A stretch of DNA of 24,667 bases from Myxococcota bacterium (GTDB lineage: Bacteria; Myxococcota_A; Polyangia; Nannocystales; Nannocystaceae): NCBI GenBank assembly GCA_039028615.1, contig JBCCHT010000077.1, positions 1 to 24,667 on the forward strand, in the 5' to 3' direction. Position numbers and translations under genes: made by a program. The notes below the pieces were generated by a model. It was not told the DNA's origin, did no database searches, and worked only from the letters and a program-made list of their open reading frames with translations. Of the stretch, positions 6,175 through 15,900 are shown piece after piece (position 1 is the first letter of the stretch; each line of letters starts with the position of its first letter).

Positions 6175-8481
6175 GTGCCGGTTCGTCCCGATCCTCGCCT
6201 CGGCTCGCCTTCGCGGCTGGGGGCAGCGCTCGGGATCTTGGCTCGGTACTGCGCGCAGCGACCACGACAAATCGGTGTGGTGTTGGTGCTGGTGCTGCTC
6301 GTCTCGGGCTGGGTGGCGGCAGTAACGCCCATCGACCTGTCCTTTGCCCGGCTGATGGATCGCAGTCATCCCGAGATGCAGCGATATTTCGAGGCCTCCC
6401 GTCGCTACGGCCTGGGTGGTCGACTGCCGCTGCTGCTCGAGCGGCAGGGCGACGATGCGCAGCTCGATCCGCTCGTGGAGAAGCTGCGAGCACAGCTCGG
6501 CGACGATCCTCGCATTCGATCGGTCACCACGCCATTCGAGCCGAGTACGGATGCGGAAGGGTCGGCGTGGCTACTGCCGGACGCGGTCTTCGATCGCTTC
6601 GCGGCGTGGGTCGAGCAGCCACGAGATTCCGCTCGGGCCGAGGCGTTGCGTGCCGCGCTACAGTCGGCGGAGCCCGTGCCGGACCCGGACGCGCGACTGC
6701 TGTTGATCACGCTGCAGACCGACAGCTTCGAGCAGGATCTCGACGCGCAAGATTTTCCCGCGATCGATGCTCGGGTGCAGGCCCTCGCGGCCGAGCACGG
6801 AGTCCGGGCTCGGTTCGCGGGCATGCCGGCCATCGTCGAGCAGGACCAAGCCACGACGCTGGGGCGGGTGGGGGTCATGACGCCGCTGAGCCTGGTGTTG
6901 GCGCTGGTGCTGCTGTTGGGGCTCGAGCGCCGACCCTTCGGGCTCATGGCCATCGCCCTGCCGATGCTCGCCGCCGCCTCCAGCACCGTGGCGATCATGG
7001 GGCTGGCGTTCGGGCGCATCACGCTGATGGAGTCGCTGTTCGGGGTGCTGGTATTCGGCCTCGGCGTCGACTTTGCGCTGCACCTGGGCCTGCGGGCGGC
7101 TCGAGAGACGGAGGCGGGCGCCGACCTACCGCAGGCGATCGAGATCGCATTTTCACGGACGGGTCCCGGGGTCGTGGTCGGGGCGCTGACCACCGCGGGT
7201 GCCTTCGGGTTGTTGGCGTTGGCGCCCGATCCGACCTTCGTGCACCTGGGAGCCTCGGGGGCGATCGGAATCACGCTGTGCCTGCTGGGTATGCTGACGG
7301 TGCTGCCCGCGGCCTGGGCGGGGTTGGGGGCCGTGCCGCGCGGGGCAGGGGGGCGCGAAGGCGGGGCGCTGGCCAAGGTGGTGGGGGCACTGAGTCGCTC
7401 GGCGACGCGACACCCTCGATTGCACGTGGTTGTGATGGCAGCGGCGCTGCTCCTCGCCGGCCTGGGCTTGCCTCGCCTGCGCTTCGAGACCGACCTCAAC
7501 CGCGTGGTGAATCGGGAGCTCTCCGCGGTCACGGCCGCGGCGGCCATGCACGAGCGATTCGGCGTGCACCCCATGCCCTGGGTCCTGCATGCGAGCGACA
7601 TCGAGGAGGCGCGGCGGCTTCACGCGGCGCTGGCCGACCTCGAACTCGTGGGGCGCACCGAGTCGATCGCCACAAACTGGCCCCGTGACCTCGAGGAGCG
7701 GCGTCGGTGGTTTCAGGAGCACGGAGCACGGCTCGCCGCCATGCCGTCCGTGCCCGCGGAGCTGCAATCACTGGTCGAGGCCGCCCGGGCCGCAGTGAAC
7801 GAGCCGCCTCCCACGCCCGCCGACTTGCCCGCCGCGGTGCGCGGGCAGCTCGTCGCCGACGACGGCACGCTGCTCGTGCTGGCGTTCCCGGCCACGCCAC
7901 ACATGGATGCTCGCCAGGCGGCCCGCGAGCGGCAGGCGGTGCGTGAACTCGATCCGCAGGCCACCTCGATGGCGGTGGTCATCGAGCTCGTCGTCGCCCC
8001 CGAGCGACCCTTCGTGGTCCCCGTCGCGCTCGCCGTGCTCGTCTTCGTCGTCGTGGTGCTGGTGGTCGACCTGCGTCGCCCCGGAGCCATCGCGCTGGCG
8101 GTCGTACCCGTGGCCTGCGGCAGCGTCGTCGCGTTCGGCATCCTGGGCTGGGCGTCGATTCCCATCAACCTCGTCACCGCCATGGCGGCCCCGCTGGTCA
8201 TCGGCTTGGGGGTCGACGATGGAATCCACGTCGTGCATCGCCTGCACGAGGCGAAGACGGACGCCGACGCGGTCGCAACCGCCTGTGCGGCGGTCTCTCG
8301 GGCCATCGCCCTGACCACCGCGACCACCTGCGTGAGCGTGTCGACCCTGCTGCTGTCCGGTCACCCCGGGCTCGAGTCGATGGCGTGGATCATGCTCCTG
8401 GCGCTGCCGCTGTGCCTGCTCGCCAGCGCCTCCACTCTCCCCGCCCTTGCCACGCTGTCACGGACACGGGCTCACGGGTAG
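6175..8481 (+). CDS. MMPL/RND-superfamily lipid transporter (HpnN-like architecture)
   Basis: Two repeats of TM1 + soluble loop + further TM helices; signature motifs GLGVDFALH and GLGVDDGIHVVHR; ALTTAGAF and LTTATT in the following helices. Exact start uncertain. Confidence 0.92.
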   Translation: MPVRPDPRLGSPSRLGAALGILARYCAQRPRQIGVVLVLVLLVSGWVAAVTPIDLSFARLMDRSHPEMQRYFEASRRYGLGGRLPLLLERQGDDAQLDPLVEKLRAQLGDDPRIRSVTTPFEPSTDAEGSAWLLPDAVFDRFAAWVEQPRDSARAEALRAALQSAEPVPDPDARLLLITLQTDSFEQDLDAQDFPAIDARVQALAAEHGVRARFAGMPAIVEQDQATTLGRVGVMTPLSLVLALVLLLGLERRPFGLMAIALPMLAAASSTVAIMGLAFGRITLMESLFGVLVFGLGVDFALHLGLRAARETEAGADLPQAIEIAFSRTGPGVVVGALTTAGAFGLLALAPDPTFVHLGASGAIGITLCLLGMLTVLPAAWAGLGAVPRGAGGREGGALAKVVGALSRSATRHPRLHVVVMAAALLLAGLGLPRLRFETDLNRVVNRELSAVTAAAAMHERFGVHPMPWVLHASDIEEARRLHAALADLELVGRTESIATNWPRDLEERRRWFQEHGARLAAMPSVPAELQSLVEAARAAVNEPPPTPADLPAAVRGQLVADDGTLLVLAFPATPHMDARQAARERQAVRELDPQATSMAVVIELVVAPERPFVVPVALAVLVFVVVVLVVDLRRPGAIALAVVPVACGSVVAFGILGWASIPINLVTAMAAPLVIGLGVDDGIHVVHRLHEAKTDADAVATACAAVSRAIALTTATTCVSVSTLLLSGHPGLESMAWIMLLALPLCLLASASTLPALATLSRTRAHG

Positions 8482-9170
8482 AGCTCATCCGTGACGATCG
8501 TGCCGTTGATGGTGCACACGTTGCCGTTGACGACGTTGAGCAGGCTGACGCCGTCGAGCTGGAGGTCGGCCACGCCGTTGGCGGGGTCCCAGGTGTTGAC
8601 GACGAGCTGACCGCCGATGGAGTCGGGCTCGCCGGTCAGGGCGTCGGAGTCGAGATTGGTCCAGGTACCCTGCGCGACCTCGACCATGTTGATGACGTTG
8701 CCGGTATCGATGCGGTGCTGGGTCGACAGCTGCATGGTGCCCGTACCGTCGAGTTCGAACTGGAAGGAGCCGGACAGCGTGGCCCCGTCGTCGTAGATCG
8801 AGGCGACGCCGAGCGAGCCGTTGTAGGTCACGACCACGGTGCCGCCGAAGTCGATGTCGCAGCCGCTGAGGGTAACGTCGATGGTGCCGCCGCCGGGATC
8901 GGTGCCCTGGCTCTCGCTGTCGTCGCTGCTCGAGTCGACGGCGGTGGTCTCGGGCGGGGGCGACGAGGTCGTCGGATCGTCGCCGGTCGTGGTGCCCTCG
9001 GTGGTCGGGTCCGCCGTCGTTGCGACCGGATCGGTGTCGCCGCCGGAGCTGGCGCTCCCCGTCGCGCTGGTCAAACCGGTGGGGTCGCTGCTGGTGCTCG
9101 AGTCACCGTCGTCACCACACGCGGTGGTCGCCAAGAGCAATGGAAGCCAAACCCATCGATAGGTGCACAT
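8472..9170 (-). CDS. Hypothetical lipoprotein with Thr/Ser/Asp-rich tether and beta-rich C-terminal domain
   Basis: Signal WVWLPLLLATTAC followed by GDDGDSSTSS; ~75-aa low-complexity linker; globular domain from TIDVTLSGC to VCTINGTIVT; strong G/C-ending codons. Confidence 0.85.
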   Translation of the reverse strand: MCTYRWVWLPLLLATTACGDDGDSSTSSDPTGLTSATGSASSGGDTDPVATTADPTTEGTTTGDDPTTSSPPPETTAVDSSSDDSESQGTDPGGGTIDVTLSGCDIDFGGTVVVTYNGSLGVASIYDDGATLSGSFQFELDGTGTMQLSTQHRIDTGNVINMVEVAQGTWTNLDSDALTGEPDSIGGQLVVNTWDPANGVADLQLDGVSLLNVVNGNVCTINGTIVTDELYP

Positions 9171-9384
9171 GACGATGCTGTTAGCACACTCATTTCGCTC
9201 CCCGGGCCCGATACGCGCGAGACTGCGCAGGTTGTTTCACACCGCTCACCGGAGGCCCGGTGCGCGGCCGCCATGGGCTCCCTGACATGGTGCTTCCGGT
9301 CATTGCCCGGTCTGTCGCGTTGTTTCCCTGCCTGCGCAAATGCGGTAGATGGACCCCGGGGACATGACTTTGCAAGGAGTATCG

Positions 9385-9873
9385 ATGAATACGATTCGTT
9401 TGGGCGCACGGGCCCTGGTGGCTGGCCTGGTGGTGATGGTCGGCTGCCCGAGTGACGACACCGGAGAAGACGGCTCGATGGACGACGCCTCGATGACCAG
9501 CAGCGCCGACGACACTTCGGACAGCGGAGTCAGCGGGTCGGGCTACGCCCAGGTCATCCAGCCGATCTGGGACGAGCACTGCACCGAGGGCTGTCACGAG
9601 CCCGGTGGCGCGTGGGCGCTGCTCGACCTGAGCGACCCCGGTGCCTACGACATCCTGACCATGCAGGACGCGACCCAGGTGGCGCTGCCCTTCGTGGCCG
9701 CGGGCGACACCAACATGAGCTACCTGTGGCACAAGCTCAACGGCACCCAGCAGACCGCGGGTGGTGGCGGAACGGCCATGCCGCAGATGCGGGCCGACGG
9801 CACGCTCACCACGCTCACCGCGGCGCAGCTGTCCGCGGTCGAGAGCTGGATCAACGACGGCGCGGAGCCCTAG
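9385..9873 (+). CDS. Lipoprotein with monoheme c-type cytochrome domain (planctomycete cytochrome C-like), CX3CH motif
   Basis: AAGGAG RBS then ATG 9385; lipobox VMVGC; IQPIWDEHCTEGCH...SYLWHKL...MP...LTAAQLSAVESWINDGA, with Met-Pro as candidate distal ligand. Confidence 0.8.
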   Translation: MNTIRLGARALVAGLVVMVGCPSDDTGEDGSMDDASMTSSADDTSDSGVSGSGYAQVIQPIWDEHCTEGCHEPGGAWALLDLSDPGAYDILTMQDATQVALPFVAAGDTNMSYLWHKLNGTQQTAGGGGTAMPQMRADGTLTTLTAAQLSAVESWINDGAEP

Positions 9874-9896
9874 CACCGAGCCCGTCGAGCCGACGG

Positions 9897-9940
9897 AACA
9901 AACCCGCGGGCGGTCGTCGACCTCCGCGGGTTTCTGTTTT
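9897..9940. terminator. Intrinsic terminator, likely bidirectional
   Basis: AAACCCGCGG (9900-9909) / CCGCGGGTTT (9924-9933) stem with an inner GGTC/GACC pair, followed by TTTCTGTTTT on +; lies between two convergent stop codons. Confidence 0.8.
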
Positions 9941-9949
9941 GCGCGGAGT

Positions 9950-12900
9950 CTATTCCGCGCTGGCTTCCGCGGTCGGGATGACGTGCACGCCCAGCTCGCG
10001 GCGCGCGGCCACGAACGCGGGGCTGGCCGCGAAGGTCAGCAGGTCGCGGACGTCACCGTCGTTGGCCGCCCACTCCCGCAGGGCCTCGCCGTGGGGCTCG
10101 GGCGCGCCGTCGTTGAGCACTCGCAGCGCCGCCGTGAGGTCGCCGCCGAGGGCGAGGCCGACTCGGTTGCCGCACCGTCGCACCCAGGATCGCCAGGTCT
10201 GACTGTCGAAGGGCTCGTCCTCGTGGGCCTTGAACACGTTACCCAGCCGTCGCGAGACCTTGACCGGGAGCTTGCGCGCGAGCTCCTGCCCGAAGCGGCC
10301 GACCTCGTCCGTGCCTCCGCGCGCGTGATGACGCCGACGCATGTGACGGGGGTGGAAGGCCTGGAAGGTGGAGGACAGCAGCTGAGCCAGCACCACGCGC
10401 TGCAGGCCGGTGGCGAACACGGCCTCGGGGCGCGTGAAGTACATGGCTCGGCCGAGGGCGAACTGGAGCTCCGCGGGGTGCTCGGCATTCCACGCGCGGT
10501 CTTCGACGAGGATGACCGGCGGGTTCTGCCAGCGGACGTGGAAGTAGCCGCTGTCGCCGGCCGCATCGGGGCGCTGGGACTGCTCGTCTTCGTCGAGCTG
10601 GTTGACGTCGACCAGCGCGACCTTGCTCTGACCGAGCCGCTTGAGCAGCTTGGCCCAGGTCTGCGGGACCAGCCCATCGGCGAGGGGGGAGACCCGGGCA
10701 TCCGGGGACACCTCGATCTTGGGCATGTGCTCGGCGAGCAGCGAGCCGCCGCCGTCCCATAGCTGCAGCAGCGCCTCGCCGACGCCGGCATCGGGCGGGG
10801 CGGGGGAGCGCAGGGTGGCGAGCCAATCCTCGGAGACCGCACCGTCGCTGGCCTTGGGCTGCTCGGACTGATGGGCATCGAGGAAGGCCTGGGCCTCGGC
10901 ATGGTCGCCATCGACCAGCGCGATCACGGCGAAGGTGGCCCGGGCGTGGTCGAGCTCCCCGTTCTCGGCGTAGTGCTTCGCCAGGGCAGAGAGGCTGGGC
11001 ACGAACAGCGGGTCGTGCTCGAGCAGGCAGCGGTGGTTTTGGAGCGCGGCCTCGTCGCGACGGTCGAGCTTGGTGTACAGCCGCGCCAGGGTTCGGCGGT
11101 GGTCGGCCCCCAGGGCGTCGTTGGACAGCGTGGCCGCGCGCTGCAGCGAGGCGGCCGCCTTCTCGGGATCGCTGGCTTGGAGCTCGGCCAGGCGCAGCAG
11201 CAGCGCGACTCGGTTGTGGCGCTCCTGCTCGTGATTGCCTTCGTCGCCGCGGGCCTTGAAGAAGCTCTCGACTAGCGGCTCGATCTCCTGCACGCGGTCG
11301 GTGGCCTGGAAGACCTCGGCGTGCGCGAGTACGGCGGCCGACGACGCGGGGAGCAGCTGACGGGCCTTGAACGCGTAGCGCTCGGCCAGCTCGAGGCGCT
11401 CCCCCGCGGCCAGGGCCAGGCGGACGCCCTCGAGCAGCAGGTCGTGCTCGCGTTGCTCGGCCAGGTCTCGATGCCGGAACAGCCGCTCCAGCACCCGCAG
11501 GGCAGTGACGGCGTCCCGCGGAGCGGTGTGGCGGAAGGCCGCTTCCCAGGCCCCACGCTCGACCAGCGCCGACTCGTGGCCCTGCGCCAGATCCAGCCCG
11601 CTGCGCATGGCTTGCATGGCGAGCTGCCCCAGCTGCGTGGGATCGTCGGGATCGTCGGAGTCGGGATCCCCCGCATCGGCGACGGCGGCCGCGGCATCGA
11701 AGTACAGCAGCGCGGCGTCGACGAATCGCTGGGTCCGCTGCGGCTGCTCTTCGGTCTGCTTGGCCAGGGCCAACGCATGCACGGCGGCCTCGGTCCAGAA
11801 GCCGCGCTCCTGACAAAGGTTGACGAGGGGCTCGAGGGCCTCGGGGTTGTCGGGGTCCAGCTCGGCCGCCCGACGGTAGCGCCCGATCACGCCATTGCGG
11901 CTCTTGAGGTGCTCCTCGCTGCGAGCGGCGAGCACGAAGGTCTGGCTGATCTTGCGACGCTGGGTCTCGGGCAGCGGGTGGTCGGCGAGCTTCTGTTCGA
12001 TCTGCTCGACCGCGGTCACGGCATCGCGGTGGCGACCGGCTCGATGACGGTTGCGGACCACCGCGGCCCGGATCTCGAGGTTGTCGGCGTCGTGGCGCAG
12101 CGCGGCGGTGAGTCGTCGGTAGGCCTCGGGGGCCCGGCCGGTCCGCTCGAGCACTTCGGCCAGCAGCACGAGCGCGTCGACGAGGTCGTGCTGGCGCTTG
12201 GCCAGCGACAGGGCCTCGACGGCGGCGGTGAGCAGGGCCTCGGCGTCCTCGATCTCGTCGGCTTCGACCAGGATCCGGGCGAGGCCCAGCTTGGCTGCGG
12301 CGTGCTCGGGGTCTTCTTTCAGGGCCTCGTCGAAGCGCTTGCGCGCGGCCTCCATGTCGCCCGTGCCGCGATAGGTGATGCGACCCATCTCGGTGAGCAG
12401 CAGCGCCCGGATCGCGGGGCCTTCGACCTCGGCGAGCTGCTTGTCCATGAACTCCATGGCGCCGTCGGTGTCGCCATCGGCGATGCGCAGCTGCACCAGT
12501 CCCTCGAGCGCGACGGCGAGGTGGCGCCCGGAGTCCGGGGCTTCGGTGTGGCGCTTGGCGTCGGCCAGCACCCGCGAGAACAGGCGCATCGCTCGGGCGC
12601 CGTCCTTGATTTCGCGCTGCAGCAGGCCCGCCGCCTCGAGCAGATCATCGGCGCTGCCGCGTGCCTGAAGAGCGTCGGCCAGCGTCAGTCCATCGGCCAG
12701 CGAGCGCGCGATGGCGACCCGTCGGTCGAGGAGCCCGGGGTCCTTGCGATGGGACTCGAGCGCGGTGGTGACCACTTGCTGGGCGCCCCGGGCATCACCG
12801 CCCTCTTCGGTCATCACGTCACACAGGGTGATGGCCAGGGCCAGCGAGCGAGGGGAGTCGGCGGACAGCGTCTGCCAGTGCTCGCGCAGCAGCGTCACCC

Positions 12901-15900
12901 CGTCTTCGTAGCGATCGGTCTTGCGGTACAGCTCCGATAGAGCGGTGATCACCTCGTCGCGACCGGGCACCTCGGAGTTGAGGCGCTCCAGGGCTGCGGT
13001 GGCGCCCGCGTCGTCGCCCATGCCGTCTTGCAGCACCCGGGCCTTGTCGACCAACAGCTCGATGCGGAGCTCTTCGTCGTCGGACGCCAGCCGATCGAGC
13101 CGACGCTCGAGGATCTGGACGAGGTCCTCGGTGCGGCTGGTCGCTCGGTAAAGGCGCTGCTGAGCGGCCAACACGTCGTCGAGCAGCCCCTGCGGCATGA
13201 GGTCTTCGGGGGTCTCGGCGAGCAACTGGAGGGTGGCCAGCGCCCGATCGGGCAGCTTCAGCTGTGTCTCGTAGATCTCCGCCGCCTTGGCCTGCTTGGC
13301 GAGCCGGAACTCGTCGTCTTCGAGCGTCGTCCAGGCCACGCGCATGGCTTCGATGGCCGGCTGCCAGCGCTCCAGCTCGAGCAGGATCTGGATGAGCTCG
13401 TCGTGACTCGCTCGGCTGGTGGGGCACTGGCGAACCAGCAGCTGGAGGTGCTCGAGGGCGTCGTCGGTGCGACCCAGGGACGAGTGCAGCAGGGTGGCCA
13501 GCTCGAGGCTACGCTCGACCAGCTCCGACTCGGGCCAGTCCACGCGCTGCGCTTCGATGAGCTCGGCCAGGACGTCGGCGTACTTGGCCGGCTGTTCCTC
13601 GGCGGAGTGGATCCGCAGCAGGCTCTCGAGGCTCTCGATGTGACGGGGCGCGACGGCCAAGACGGCGCGGTAGCTCTTCTCCGCCTCCCCGACGTTGTCG
13701 CGGGTCTCGTGCAGCTTGGCGATGCGGAGGTTCTGCGCGATGAGGTGACGCGGGAGGGTGGCCTCGGCGAGCAGCCGCTGATCCGCCTGGAGCAGCCGAT
13801 CGAGGGTGTTGTGGCGCTCGGCCAGCGACTCCAGCCCCTGCAGGGCCACGGGGTCCTCGGGCACGATGAGCAGCGCTTGCTCGTGCGCCGCAAAGGCGCG
13901 CTCGAGGTTCTTGGCGCCGTGCTCCCATAGCCGCGCCAGCACCAGCGCCACGGTGACCTGGGCCGCCTTGTCGCGCGTGGGGGCGCTGGCATAGGTGTGG
14001 GCGACCTCTTCCCAGGCGCTGGCCACCCGCGGTCGCGCGGGCAGCAGGTTGCCCGGGAGCCGGGGCAGGGCAGGCATGCCTGCGTCGGGCGTGCGAGGGG
14101 GCGGCGGCGGAGCCTTGGGCGCGACGCTGGTGCGCGTGCGCTGGTCGACGTTCACTTGTTGCGGCGAGACCTCGCTCGCGACGGTGCCTTCGAGCTCTTC
14201 GTCGTCCGCTTCGAGCAGCTCGATGTCTTCGAACTCTTCGATCTCCTCGATCTCCATCGTGCCCGACGTCCGGACCGGGACCGGAGCGCCCGGCGGAGCG
14301 GCGGGCGGAGGCGCGGCGGGAGGCGTCGCGACCGGAGCCCGAGCGGTGTGCTGCCGCGGAGTCAGCTCGGGCGCCCCCGTCTCCATGGGGTTGCTCGACT
14401 GACGCGTGACCATCGGGAGGCTGATGTCCTCGGTGACGGTGCGCAGGATCGCTTGCGGGCTCGAGACGTCGAGCTTGGCGGCGAACGGAGAGGGCGGCGG
14501 TCCGAGCAGGGCCTCGGGATCGAGCCCGGCCCCCGTCCAGATTCGCAGGTCGGCGAACTCGGGCACCTCGATGGTCGGGCGCAGCAGCGGGTCCTTGGGT
14601 ACGGGCGGCGTGCGGTAGGCCCCGGTCTGCTCGGCCAGGCGCCAGATCGCCGCGTGGGTGTCGTCGAGGGGCTCGTCGGCGACGGGCAGCTCCGGCTCGC
14701 GTCGCCACGCTTCGAGGCGGGCCCGCAGCGCGTACTCGGGGCGCTCGAGCACGCCTTCGTAGAGCTGAGCCATCTGCCGCAGGATCGAGGCCTCGGCCCG
14801 CGGCTCACTCGTGGCTCGATCGAGGCGCCACCCGGGCAAGACCATGAACATGTCCCAGGCGTCCGCGTCCTCGGCCAGGCGCTCCAGCTCGACCAGGGCC
14901 TGGTCGTCGTCGGGGCGCAGGTGCACCACGCGGAGCCACTCGGCCATCGCCCCGCGAAGATCGTCCAGCCGCATCTCTCGCAGCTCGGCTCGCTCCTCGA
15001 GAAAACGCAGGGTCTCCTCTTCGCTACGGCTGGCGGCCAGCAGCTTGCGCAGGACCTCGAGGTGGAGCAGGGCGCCCAGCGGGGGTACGTCGCCGGCCCG
15101 ACGCTCGTCGACCTTGGCCCCCAGGGTTCGGATGTCGGGCAGCAGCACGTTGCCGCCCGGGTCGTGGCTCAGGCCGCTGGCGAGCACCCGCAGCGCGCCC
15201 AGTGGATCTTCGAGGTTACGGTCGAAGACCAGCGCCGCCTGCCGCAAGCAGGCCAGTCCCTGCGTCTCGGCGCGGTCGGTGAACGATTCCTTGGCCCGCA
15301 GCAGGTGGTGGTTGGCCAGCTGAGCCCACAGCGAGTGGCGCTTCGACAGCGCGAGCAGCCGCTCGATCGCCTCTTGGGCCAGCCCGGTGTCACGCTCGCG
15401 CAGCTCGACCCACGCCGTCCGCAGCCACTCGAACGCCTTTTCCGGGTCGTCGAGCTCTTGCTCGTAGACGTTGGCGATCGCGATGCAGGCATCGAAGCGC
15501 CCTTGGGCGTCGGTGGTGCGCTCGAGCTTCTGACCGAAGAACTCGATGACCGCGGTCCACAGGCGATGCTGGCGGGCGGTCTGCTCGAGTCGCTGGGCCA
15601 GGCGCTCGTCGTCGGGGCGCTGGCGGTGGGCTCGCTGGAGATAGCCGACGGCGCGCGAAGCATCGTCGAGTCGCTCGAGGGCGAGGTCGGCGGCCTGCTC
15701 CAAGCGGCGCACGAGATCGAAGCGGCCGTCGTCGGTGGTGCCCCGTCGCTCGTGGGAGGCGATTTCCTCCTCGATGACGCCCAGCATCGGATTCCACAGG
15801 TGATGCGCCGCGGCCAGCTCGCGCAGGCGGGCGTCGCCCTGGTTGGCGCTACGGTCGTTCTCGACCGCGACGAAGAACCCTCGCCGCGCCCAGTCGAAGG

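Noticed and set aside
6113..6493. 127-aa N-terminal extension of the tocopherol cyclase ORF
   Set aside because: Ala/Arg/Pro-rich shadow translation overlapping the divergent MMPL gene.
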